Assembly (NCBI GenBank): GCA_942493095.1
Contig: OW818675.1
Span: 1 to 32,000, forward strand
Origin: Candidatus Electronema halotolerans
GTDB lineage: Bacteria; Desulfobacterota; Desulfobulbia; Desulfobulbales; Desulfobulbaceae
DNA length: 32,000 nucleotides
Reading direction: 5' to 3'
The stretch's first letter is position 1. Each line of letters starts with the position of its first letter. Position numbers and translations under genes: made by a program. Shown piece after piece: positions 15,088-23,647 of the stretch. Under the pieces are notes generated by a model. The model was given only the letters and a program-made list of their open reading frames with translations, was not told the origin of the DNA and searched no databases.

Positions 15088-17692
15088 CCTTCTTTTCCAG
15101 GATGGTGCCGGTGAGAATAGCGTCATCTAAGATCGCTCCCTCTAAATTGGCCCCTTCAAGGTTTGCGTCGCGCAAATTCGCATAAATAAGGACTGCGCCT
15201 TTGAGATTCGCTCCTGTAAGGTTGGCATCTTGCAAATTGGCTCCAAAAATATCCGCCTTTTCAAGATGCACGCCTTGCAAGTTTGCTTTTGCAAGAATTG
15301 AAAAATGCAACTTTGCGCCTTCAAGACGAGACATGGCAAAATTTGCACCCGCAAAATTCTGCACTGCAAGATGATAGCCGGATAAATCTAAGTATCCCAA
15401 CCAGCCTGCACGAGCACGCGGTCCACTCACCCGCCTAAACCATTCCCCGAAGGCTTGAGCAGACTCCAGCTCCAGCCTCGAAACCTGCTTAGTCAGCTCC
15501 GCGATATGAAAATGCACGGCCAGAAACGTTTCTTCCGCATTCCGGGCCAAGCGCAGGTGCTCCTTAAAGCCTTTGCCCAAGAAGGCATCAGGAAAAGGCA
15601 GGCCCTGATTGATGGTGTAACTGAGCAGCCCGCGCACCATGCCCTGCAAATTTTTCAGATCCTCTTTCTGCATCGCCCGGAACTCGTTGCTGATAAAGCG
15701 CAGCAGGTCATAATCCATATACGTGATGGCACAAAAGCCGGTCCAGTGCTGCAAAGCCTCCTTGTCTGACCAGCCGTCATCCGGGTCTTCCTGCCGCCGT
15801 CTGCGCTGCTTCTCCATCTGCCGCAAAACCCGGACAATGCGCAGGGCTGTCAGGTATTCGCCGAAGCTCTTATGGGTGAACTCAAAGGTCGGGTCGCCGT
15901 CCTGGCGGCTGTCGCTCTGCCGGAAATAAAAGGCGGTGAGCAGGCGGGTCACGCCCGCTTTGGCCCCTTCTTGGAATCGCTCCAGATAGCGTTCAATGCC
16001 GCCGGACTTGCACTTTGCCCGAATCCCGGCAACCGTGGCCGTGCGTCCGTCACCATGCCAGACCGCCAGCGCGATTTCTTCTAATACCCGGATGAAGTCT
16101 TTCTCCTCCAGCCCGCCCGTGCAAGTACTCACCCGTCCGCCGTCTTCGTACTGACGGCAATAGACCGCCCGGATAAGGTCGGCATAGATTTGATTCAGGG
16201 TGGTCTCATCGGTAAACTCGATGGTCTTGCGGTCATAGCTTAACGCGACCAAGTAATTCAGGAGCGGCTGGGCCGTGATCTCAGCCAGATGCTGCCGCGC
16301 CAGTTCATCAGGCAGGCCCGCATAGCCTTTGCCCGCAGCCGTGCCGTACCGTTGCCACCAGTCCTGCCGCTGATCACGCTCAAGCAGCTTGGCCGGGTCT
16401 TCGTATTGCTTCCGCTCCTCTTCCGCAACAAAATAGGGCAGAACGTGAGTTATCTGCTTATGCTTCCGCAGCTTCGTCTCCACCGACTGAACAGCGATAG
16501 TCCGCCCGGTGATAATGACCTGCCATTGTTTATCATAGCCGTTGTATTCCCGGATGCTATTCAACACCTCGTCGATAAAGTTATTGGCTACTTCCGAGGC
16601 CGCCTTGCCTTGCTGGGCCAGTTCGTCCAAACCGTCAAAGATGAGCAGGAGCCGGTTTTTACCCTTCTTGGCATCAAGCGGATTGCTGGGCAGAAATGGT
16701 TTTTTCCTGACATAGCTCTCCATTGCATCGATCAGGTCGCCCGTAGCATCAAAACGATGCAGGGGAATGTACAGGCAGGGAATCTTGCCTTCTGCGGCTG
16801 TCTTGGCGGCGAATATCTTGGCAAAGGTCGATTTTCCTGAACCCGGCCCGCCACTGATAAAGCGCACTGCTTGAGCAGCGGTGAAGTTGTTCAGCCAGCT
16901 GCGGAACTCGCTTTCCAGATCAACCACAATCCGTTTGGCCCTATCCCGCTGCGGCGCAATCTCCGGGCTGCTGCCCTCGTCCCGCTCCTTTTCCTCGTAA
17001 TAGGCCCGCAGCGGCACATAGACCTTTTCGACACCGAATGCCTCGGCAAACATCCGGTCGCTGATCTGCCGTTGCAGCCATTGCTTGTAGAGCTGCCAGC
17101 TCCGCACTTCTTCTGTGGCACTGGTGAACGGACTGTCGAAATACTGGGTCAGGGCGGCATAGTCATTCGGTGCCTTGCGCCATGTTTCATGCAGGGCAAA
17201 GACAAAATAATCCGGCAGACGAGAGGCTATCTGTTCCGCATCAACAGCACTGGCACCCAAGCCTTGCAGCCAAGCAGATAACGGAACTTGCAATTCCTTC
17301 AGCAGAGGCAGGTCGCCGGGCCGGTTGAAGAAATCAAGGCTGATTGTTACGTCCGCCTTGCCCATTTCTTCTTCAAAGCGGGCGGAAAGCGTTTCCAGCT
17401 CCGCTTCTTCCGGGCGATTGCGGAACAAATCACGGTTGTTCTTCACCAACTCTGCTAAGGCGGCGAACAGTGCGCGGGAAATGAGCTGCCAAGCCAGCTC
17501 TTCGGGTTTCTTGCTCACGCCAAGGGCGGCAAGGGCATCCACGGCAGCCGAGCCAACGTCGCTCCAGTCTTGGCACACACCCTCGACAACCATTTTGCCA
17601 AGACTGACAAAGAATTTCCTTGGTTCAACCTTGATTGCTTTGTTCCAAGCAGAAACCGGTTTGCTGATGTTCAGCTCATTGGTGGAAGTCAT
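15080..17692 (-). CDS. STAND NTPase: unassigned N-terminal ~270 aa, NACHT domain, helical region, C-terminal pentapeptide-repeat domain
   Basis: Walker A ISGGPGSGKSTF (complement of 16826-16852), Walker B RLLLIFDGLDEL, and the NACHT-type FEFTHKSFGEYLTA. The last ~105 aa (about 15083-15397) are pentapeptide repeats (ANFAMSRLEGAKLHFSILAKANLQGVHLEKADIFGANLQDANLTGANLKGAVLIYANLRDANLEGANLEGAILDDAILTG). There is no obvious SD before the ATG at 17692. Confidence 0.85.
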   Translation of the reverse strand: MTSTNELNISKPVSAWNKAIKVEPRKFFVSLGKMVVEGVCQDWSDVGSAAVDALAALGVSKKPEELAWQLISRALFAALAELVKNNRDLFRNRPEEAELETLSARFEEEMGKADVTISLDFFNRPGDLPLLKELQVPLSAWLQGLGASAVDAEQIASRLPDYFVFALHETWRKAPNDYAALTQYFDSPFTSATEEVRSWQLYKQWLQRQISDRMFAEAFGVEKVYVPLRAYYEEKERDEGSSPEIAPQRDRAKRIVVDLESEFRSWLNNFTAAQAVRFISGGPGSGKSTFAKIFAAKTAAEGKIPCLYIPLHRFDATGDLIDAMESYVRKKPFLPSNPLDAKKGKNRLLLIFDGLDELAQQGKAASEVANNFIDEVLNSIREYNGYDKQWQVIITGRTIAVQSVETKLRKHKQITHVLPYFVAEEERKQYEDPAKLLERDQRQDWWQRYGTAAGKGYAGLPDELARQHLAEITAQPLLNYLVALSYDRKTIEFTDETTLNQIYADLIRAVYCRQYEDGGRVSTCTGGLEEKDFIRVLEEIALAVWHGDGRTATVAGIRAKCKSGGIERYLERFQEGAKAGVTRLLTAFYFRQSDSRQDGDPTFEFTHKSFGEYLTALRIVRVLRQMEKQRRRRQEDPDDGWSDKEALQHWTGFCAITYMDYDLLRFISNEFRAMQKEDLKNLQGMVRGLLSYTINQGLPFPDAFLGKGFKEHLRLARNAEETFLAVHFHIAELTKQVSRLELESAQAFGEWFRRVSGPRARAGWLGYLDLSGYHLAVQNFAGANFAMSRLEGAKLHFSILAKANLQGVHLEKADIFGANLQDANLTGANLKGAVLIYANLRDANLEGANLEGAILDDAILTGTILEKKEA

Positions 17693-17843
17693 TGTGAAAG
17701 AAGAGAAGTTGGAGTTGCGCAGTTGATTATTCGTGCCGCCATGTTACTCTGTTTTTCTCGGGAGGAGGGAGAAAAGGACGGAAGAGCTTTTGAAGAACGA
17801 CCTTGGTGGTTTCTGTGCGGATTCAGTGACGAGTTGAGTATAA

Positions 17844-17873
17844 TTCCCACGCCCTTGCCTTTGAGCGTGGGAA
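17844..17873 (-). terminator. Hairpin downstream of hcp (TTCCCACGC-N12-GCGTGGGAA)
   Basis: A 9-bp perfect inverted repeat starts 11 nt after the hcp stop. On the minus strand it is followed by TTATACTC, only a weak U-tract. Confidence 0.4.
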
Positions 17874-17883
17874 CAGATTCTTC

Positions 17884-19515
17884 TCAGCCCAAGATTGCCT
17901 GCAAGTCCTCCTCCGGCGTGGCCGCAATCGGCCTGATGCCAAAGGTGGCGACAAGGAAGTTGAGAATAGCCGGGCTGATGAAGGCGGGCAGGGACGGCCC
18001 CAGACGAATGTCCTTGATGCCGAGCGAGAGCAGGGTCAGGAGGATGGCTGCCGCCTTCTGCTCATACCAGGAGATGATCATCGAGAGCGGCAGCTCGTTC
18101 ACGCCGCAGTTGAAGGCTTTGGCCAAGGCCAGGGCGATCTGAATGGCGGAATAAGCATCGTTGCACTGACCCACGTCCAGCAGGCGCGGAATGCCGCCAA
18201 TTGTGCCAAGGTCTTTGTCAAAGAAGCGGAACTTGCCGCAGGCCAAGGTCAGCACCATGCAGTCCGCAGGCACCTGCTCGACAAAGCGGGTGAAGTAGTC
18301 ACGGCCTGGTTTGGCTCCGTCACATCCGCCGACCAAGAAAAAGTGGCGGATTTGCTTGCCCTTGACCGCCTCAATCACCTTGTCCGCCACACCCAGCACC
18401 GCATTGTGGGCAAAACCGACCATGACGCTGCCCTTGTCCGCATCATCTTGCCAACCATCCATTGCCAAGGCCTTGTCAATCACCGCGCTGAAGTCCTTGC
18501 CCTCGATGTGGGTCACGCCGGGCCAGCCCACCAGACCCGTGGTGAAGATGCGTTCCTTGTAGTCCTCACGCGGCTTCTGAATACAGTTGGTGGTGAAGAG
18601 CACCGGGCCGGGAAATTCCGGGAACTCCTTGTGCTGGTTCTGCCAGGCCGTGCCAAAGTGGCCGTAGAAGTGCGGGTGCTTTTTCAACTCCGGGTAGCCG
18701 TGGCAGGGCAGCATCTCGCCGTGGGTATAGATATCAATACCCTTGCCAGCGGTCTGCTGGAGGAGCAGGTCAAGGTCGCGCAGGTCATGGCCAGTGATCA
18801 GAATGCACTTGTTCTTGCGATGACCAAGCGGCACTGAGGTCGGCACCGGGTGGCCATAGCTGCCGGTGTTGCCCGCATCGAGCAGCTCCATTGCCCGCAG
18901 ATTGATCTGCCCAGCCTTCATGGCCACAGGCACGCACTGCTCAATGGTCAGCCCTTCGGCCAGCAGCACCGACAGAGCCTCATACATGAAGCCAGCAATG
19001 GCCGGGTCCTCCTGCCCAAGAATGGCGGCATGATCCGCGTAGGCGGCAATGCCTTTCAGGCCGTAGAGCAAGGTCTGCTTGAGCGAGCGGATGTTCTCGT
19101 CCGCATCCAAGGTCTCGATGAACTTGAGGGCCGCGCCCTGCTCGGCCAAGCCTTCCACCGTCTCCGCTGAAGCAAAGGAGGCTGCCGGATGAGCAAAGTC
19201 GGTCTTGCCGCCCTTTGCCGCAAGCTGCGCCTTCAAGGCCTCGCGCAGTTCAATCGTCTTGGTGATCAAGGCGATAAAGCGGTCAGGGTCAAAATTGACA
19301 TTGGTCAGGGTTGAGAACACCGCCTTCATGACAAAGCGGTCCAGCTCGGCATCGACCATGTCCTGCTGTCTTGCCTCGTGCGCATAAAGCGACAGGCCGC
19401 AGAGGGCGTGGATGAGCAGGTCTTCAATGTTGGCCAGCTCGTCGCTTTTGCCGCAGATGCCAGCCTTGGTGCAGGCAATGCCCTTGGCCGTTTGTTCACA
19501 CTGATTGCAGTACAT
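17884..19515 (-). CDS. hcp: Hybrid-cluster protein / hydroxylamine reductase
   Basis: Characteristic N-terminus MYCNQCEQTAKGIACTKAGICGK. Length and internal motifs are typical of Hcp (HGEMLPCHGYPELKK, TTNCIQKP, VGGCDGAKPGRDYFT, LDVGQCNDAYSAIQIA). SD GGGAGGAA precedes the ATG. Confidence 0.95.
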   Translation of the reverse strand: MYCNQCEQTAKGIACTKAGICGKSDELANIEDLLIHALCGLSLYAHEARQQDMVDAELDRFVMKAVFSTLTNVNFDPDRFIALITKTIELREALKAQLAAKGGKTDFAHPAASFASAETVEGLAEQGAALKFIETLDADENIRSLKQTLLYGLKGIAAYADHAAILGQEDPAIAGFMYEALSVLLAEGLTIEQCVPVAMKAGQINLRAMELLDAGNTGSYGHPVPTSVPLGHRKNKCILITGHDLRDLDLLLQQTAGKGIDIYTHGEMLPCHGYPELKKHPHFYGHFGTAWQNQHKEFPEFPGPVLFTTNCIQKPREDYKERIFTTGLVGWPGVTHIEGKDFSAVIDKALAMDGWQDDADKGSVMVGFAHNAVLGVADKVIEAVKGKQIRHFFLVGGCDGAKPGRDYFTRFVEQVPADCMVLTLACGKFRFFDKDLGTIGGIPRLLDVGQCNDAYSAIQIALALAKAFNCGVNELPLSMIISWYEQKAAAILLTLLSLGIKDIRLGPSLPAFISPAILNFLVATFGIRPIAATPEEDLQAILG

Positions 19516-19988
19516 GGTTCCTCCCGGAGTGTTGAATCGGCCTGCTGCCAGCAGCGGGCCGGTTGATTGCGCAGTTGCAGGAAAAAGGATACCTTTTGGA
19601 GCGGGAAAAAGAAAGAGCCATGCCGCTTATTTCCGGGCAGGACTCGTCGCGGCCATAGCCGATGCTGCTGTCGGGGAGAGTCTCTGCAAGGCAGGCTCAG
19701 GCAATGCAATCCGTGCAGGCATTCAGCGTTGCAACTGCCTGACTTGCGGAAGAACCTTCACTGAAACGTGACTCTTATGGCCAAAACCTGCTGGCCCGGT
19801 CAGGTGATCTTTTGTCGCAATAACAGATGAAAGTTGACATGGACAGACTTCCTGCGCAGATGGCCGGTGCTGGCCGAAAAAATTCGGAGAAAAAACAGTG
19901 CTGGCAATTCAGTCGATTCCTGAGTAGAATGCTGCATTTTTTCTTGAAAGCGCAAAGGAGGAGGAGCATAGCGGCCTTAGGAAGCTTC

Positions 19989-21203
19989 ATGTTTTCACAG
20001 CATCTCAAAAAGGAAACCGTTGTCTCGCTCATCAACACCATTGGCGAGCTGAATCAGCTCCAAGATGTGGACATGATTCTGGACAGCACTCTGCGGGAAG
20101 CCCGGCGGCTCGCCAATGCTGATGCTGGCTCCATTTTCCTGCTGCGGAACGGGAGGCTGGAATTCCGCCATGTTCAGAATGACACCCTGTTCGGTCCAAA
20201 AGGTGCCGGGGTTTTCCAGTACAGCACCGAGACCCTGCCGGTGAGCAGCAAATCCATAGTCGGTTATGCCGCCCTGACCAAACAGATGGTGGCCATTGAC
20301 AATGCCTATCAGATCAGCCCGAACTTGCCCTGCCGTTTCAACAGCTCCTTTGATGAGATGAACGGCTATCACACAGCCTCCATTCTGGCTGTGCCGTTGA
20401 TTTCCAAAAATCAAAGCATTGTCGGAGTGATGCAGCTCATCAACGCCAAGGACCGGAAAGGCGGGGCCACGGTCTTTTCCGAGGCGGTGAAAACGCTGGT
20501 CCCCATTTTCACCAACAATGCGGCGGCGATTATTGAGCGGGGCATTCTCAACCGGGAGCTGATCCTGCGCATGGCCAAAATGGCTGAACTGCACGACCCG
20601 GAGGAGACCGGCTCTCATGTGGAGCGGGTCAGTGCCTTCTCGGCTGAGATTTACCAGCGCTGGGCTGAGAATAGAAACCTGCCTGCCTGGGAAATCCGCC
20701 GCTTCCGGGACCTGATCAGTCAGGCGGCCATGCTTCACGACGCAGGCAAAGTCGGCATTCCTGATTCAGTCCTGAAAAAGCCTGGACGCTTGACGGATGA
20801 GGAATTTGCCCTGGTCAAGCAGCACACTGTCTATGGCGCCCAGCTGTTCAGCAATATTTCTTCTGAGCTGGATCAGGTCACGCATGACATCATGCTCCAT
20901 CATCATGAACGCTGGAACGGGGAAGGGTATCCGGGCCGTCTGGAGCCGTCTGGGCAGCGCCGCCCCTTGGCTGGCGAGGAAATCCCCCTGCCCGCCCGGA
21001 TCACGGCCTTAGCCGATGTCTTTGATGCGCTGGCCTCCAAACGCTGCTACAAGGAGCCTTGGGATGTTAAGGATATTTATACGGAAATCAGGTTGAAAGC
21101 AGGTTGTGACTTTGACCCGGAGCTGGTGGAGACCTTTTTTCAAATCACGGATATTTTGGAAGCGATTCAAAAAAAATTCAATAGAACGGAAAGGAGATGC
21201 TAG
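19989..21203 (+). CDS. GAF domain plus HD-GYP domain protein (putative c-di-GMP phosphodiesterase)
   Basis: HD-GYP signature: MLHDAGKVGIPDSVLKKPGRLTDEEFALVKQHTVYG ... HHHERWNGEGYPGRL. The N-terminal half is GAF-like (ADAGSIFLL..., VGVMQLINAKD). The start is set at the ATG at 19989. The upstream 54 codons in the ORF track are basic, non-protein-like, and contain promoter-like hexamers. Confidence 0.85.
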   Translation: MFSQHLKKETVVSLINTIGELNQLQDVDMILDSTLREARRLANADAGSIFLLRNGRLEFRHVQNDTLFGPKGAGVFQYSTETLPVSSKSIVGYAALTKQMVAIDNAYQISPNLPCRFNSSFDEMNGYHTASILAVPLISKNQSIVGVMQLINAKDRKGGATVFSEAVKTLVPIFTNNAAAIIERGILNRELILRMAKMAELHDPEETGSHVERVSAFSAEIYQRWAENRNLPAWEIRRFRDLISQAAMLHDAGKVGIPDSVLKKPGRLTDEEFALVKQHTVYGAQLFSNISSELDQVTHDIMLHHHERWNGEGYPGRLEPSGQRRPLAGEEIPLPARITALADVFDALASKRCYKEPWDVKDIYTEIRLKAGCDFDPELVETFFQITDILEAIQKKFNRTERRC

Positions 21204-21568
21204 AAAAAGCCATAGCTGAACTGAAAAAAATAGTTCCCTTTAAAGACACTGCCGAGATCGGCGACATCCTCCTGGTTCTTGCTGAGGAAGAGCAGCAGCC
21301 GACCCTGATTTACGCCCTGCTGACCGGCATTGAGCGCGATGAGACCCGCAAGGACGAGTGGTGGCATGTCTCCTTGCAGCTCCTGTCCGTGCCGCCCCAG
21401 CCCGTGGTCTGGACTCTGCGCACCCCGCAGTTCACAGGCCAGGAGAGCTTCACTATGGGCGGCAAGGGCCGGTTCATCAAGGCGGTGCGGATCGAGCGAC
21501 CGCAGCAGCCTGCGGCTCCGGCACCGCTGGAAAAGAAACGGAAGAGCGGGCTGCGTTTAGTCAAATGA
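21197..21568 (+). CDS. Small hypothetical protein (123 aa) coupled between HD-GYP and HPr
   Basis: This ORF overlaps the HD-GYP stop by 7 nt, and its own stop overlaps the HPr start (ATGA at 21565-21568). The composition is protein-like, but I recognise no motif. Confidence 0.45.
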   Translation: MLEKAIAELKKIVPFKDTAEIGDILLVLAEEEQQPTLIYALLTGIERDETRKDEWWHVSLQLLSVPPQPVVWTLRTPQFTGQESFTMGGKGRFIKAVRIERPQQPAAPAPLEKKRKSGLRLVK

Positions 21569-21837
21569 GCCGCAAGGCCTGGGAAGGCCGGGTTGCCAAT
21601 CCCAAGGGAGTGCATTGCCGGGTCGCATCCCGCCTGAGCGAGATTGCCGCTGCTCACGACGCGGCAGTGCAGCTTGCCAATGCGCAGGGCGAGACTGCGG
21701 ACTGCGCTTCAATGCTGGAAATTCTGAGCTTGGCTCTCACGCAGGGCAGCGTGGTCCGCTGCACCGCAGAAGGGCCGGAGGCGGCGCAGGCAGCGCAGGC
21801 CATTGAGCGGCTGCTCACCTGCCCAGAGGAGCAGTGA
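21565..21837 (+). CDS. ptsH: HPr-family phosphocarrier protein
   Basis: The 90-aa product has NPKGVHCRVAS (the His-15-type site context G-[LV]-H-x-R) and SMLEILSLAL (the Ser-46-type region). It lies immediately upstream of Enzyme I. The ORF track's longer 159-aa version starts inside the previous gene. Confidence 0.75.
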   Translation: MSRKAWEGRVANPKGVHCRVASRLSEIAAAHDAAVQLANAQGETADCASMLEILSLALTQGSVVRCTAEGPEAAQAAQAIERLLTCPEEQ

Positions 21838-21838
21838 C

Positions 21839-23647
21839 ATGGACACAGAGCTGGATTGGCAGCCAGATACTGGCGAACCAGAGACCCTGCGCGGCATCAG
21901 CGGCTCGCCCGGCATTGTCGTGGGCAAGGTGGTGGTCTTCAGCCCGCGCCCGGACGGCTTCATCCGCTACCGGCTGGAAGAGGGGGCTGAGGGCAAGGAG
22001 GAGGAGCGCTTCCGGGCGGCGGCGGAACGGGCCGAGCAGGGCCTGCTGGAGCTGCGGCGGCAGTTTGCGAGTGATCTCTCTGACACTTTGGCCATTGTTG
22101 ACTCCCATATCCGCATGGTCCGGGACCGGATGCTCTTTGACCAGACCCTGAACCTGATCCGCGAAAAGCAGCTCAATGCCGAATGGGCGCTTGCCCGCAC
22201 CCTTGGCCTGATCAAACGGAAATTTGATCATATTGCCGATGACTACATCCGGGGCCGCTTTGCTGATGTCGAATATGTGGCCCGGCTGATTGGTGAGCAG
22301 CTCTCCGGCCAAGGGCGGAATTTTCCAGCCGGCTTTGCCGAGCCGGTGATTGTGGCGGGCGAAGATTTCTCGCCGGTTGACACGATCAGGATGCACACGG
22401 ACAAGGTGCTCGGCTTTCTCACCGAAAAAGGCGGAGCCACCTCGCACACCGCCATTGTCGCCCGCTCGCTCGGCCTGCCGGCAGTGGTCGGGGTGAGCGG
22501 TCTGACCAACCGCTGCCGCACTGGCGACACCATCATTCTTGACGGCTACGAGGGCCGGGTCTGCCTGCATCCAACCCAAGACCAGCAGCGGCTTCATCTG
22601 GAATACGACCGCCAGCACCGGACGTTTTCCGAGGAAATGCGCTGGTACATCCGGCTGGCCTCGGAAACTGTGGATGGCCTGCGGGTGCGGCTCTCAGCCA
22701 ATATTGAAATCCCGGACGAGCTGGAGACCGCCATTTATTACGGAGCCGCAGGCATTGGCCTGTTCCGCTCAGAATTCGGCTATTTTCAGGGACGGGACCT
22801 GCCGGACGAGGAACGTCTGTTTGGTGTTTATCGCGACATGCTGACCGCCTTGAACCCGGAGCCAGTCACCATCCGCACTTTGGATGTGGGCGGCGACAAG
22901 CTGGCCGCGCATCTGCCCGGCAGCGGCATGCCCGTGGTCCGCGAGCGCAATCCAGCCTTGGGCCTGCGCTCGATCCGCTTTTCCCTGCATGAGAAGTCGC
23001 TCTTCATCACCCAGCTCCGCGCTCTGCTCCGGGCCTCTTGTCATGGCCGCCTGAAAATTCTCCTGCCCATGATTTCTTCTCTCAGCGAGCTGCGCCAAGT
23101 GCGGGCCGTGATTGCCGAAGTCATGGGCCAGCTGACCAAGGAAGATATTCCCTTCAATCCTGACCTTGAAATCGGCATCATGATTGAGGTGCCGAGCGCC
23201 GTGGTGCTGGCTGACACGCTGGCGGCGGAGGCCGATTTTTTCAGCATCGGCACCAACGACCTGATCCAGTATTCCTTGGCCATTGACCGGAGCAACGAGT
23301 ATGTGGCCGCGATGTACGACCCGCTCCATCCGGCGGTGCTGCGGCTGATCAGCCAGACCGTGGAGGCGGGCCACCGGCAGGGGATTGAGGTCTCGCTCTG
23401 CGGCGAGATGGCGGGCGATGTCTTCACGGCCCCAGTTCTGCTCGGTCTGGGCTTGGACGAGCTGTCCATGCGGCCCTCGGCCATTCCCCATGTCAAGCGG
23501 CTGCTGCGCCATTCCACCTTCAGCAGGTTGAGCGGTCTGACCAAGCAGCTCCTGCACTGCGGCGACAGCAGCGAGACTCATGCCGTGCTCAAGCAGTATC
23601 TGGCTGACAATTACCCTGACCAGTTTGCCGACTATGAAGGAACGTGA
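21839..23647 (+). CDS. ptsI: Phosphoenolpyruvate-protein phosphotransferase (PTS Enzyme I)
   Basis: Phospho-His region GGATSHTAIVARSLGLPAVVG, plus GIGLFRSEF, IRTLDVGGDK, NPALGLRSIR and FFSIGTNDLIQYSLAIDR. The ATG is 1 nt after the HPr stop. Confidence 0.9.
   Translation: MDTELDWQPDTGEPETLRGISGSPGIVVGKVVVFSPRPDGFIRYRLEEGAEGKEEERFRAAAERAEQGLLELRRQFASDLSDTLAIVDSHIRMVRDRMLFDQTLNLIREKQLNAEWALARTLGLIKRKFDHIADDYIRGRFADVEYVARLIGEQLSGQGRNFPAGFAEPVIVAGEDFSPVDTIRMHTDKVLGFLTEKGGATSHTAIVARSLGLPAVVGVSGLTNRCRTGDTIILDGYEGRVCLHPTQDQQRLHLEYDRQHRTFSEEMRWYIRLASETVDGLRVRLSANIEIPDELETAIYYGAAGIGLFRSEFGYFQGRDLPDEERLFGVYRDMLTALNPEPVTIRTLDVGGDKLAAHLPGSGMPVVRERNPALGLRSIRFSLHEKSLFITQLRALLRASCHGRLKILLPMISSLSELRQVRAVIAEVMGQLTKEDIPFNPDLEIGIMIEVPSAVVLADTLAAEADFFSIGTNDLIQYSLAIDRSNEYVAAMYDPLHPAVLRLISQTVEAGHRQGIEVSLCGEMAGDVFTAPVLLGLGLDELSMRPSAIPHVKRLLRHSTFSRLSGLTKQLLHCGDSSETHAVLKQYLADNYPDQFADYEGT

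Noticed and set aside
14718-15185. Small ORFs in the track (14718-14909, 14778-14963, 14837-15070, 15000-15185) with repetitive HVHGTF / MHM-type translations
   Set aside because: They are read-outs of the 23-bp repeat array on both strands. None has an SD, the composition is not protein-like, and they overlap each other. I treat them as non-coding.
15083-15397. 15-nt periodic DNA repetition (CAAATTGGC / CAAGTTTGC-like) at the 3' end of the NACHT gene
   Set aside because: It is fully explained by the coding of tandem pentapeptide repeats (A[ND]LxG). It is not an independent DNA element.
19758-19771. TCAC-N6-GTGA palindrome as a CRP/FNR-type (HcpR-like) operator
   Set aside because: The half-sites are in the opposite arrangement to the TGTGA-N6-TCACA consensus, and the site is about 240 nt from the hcp start.
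19827-19988. N-terminal 54 codons of the HD-GYP ORF (MKVDMDRLPAQM...)
   Set aside because: The stretch is very basic and not protein-like, and it contains TTGACA and TAGAAT promoter-like hexamers. The GAF domain begins after the ATG at 19989.
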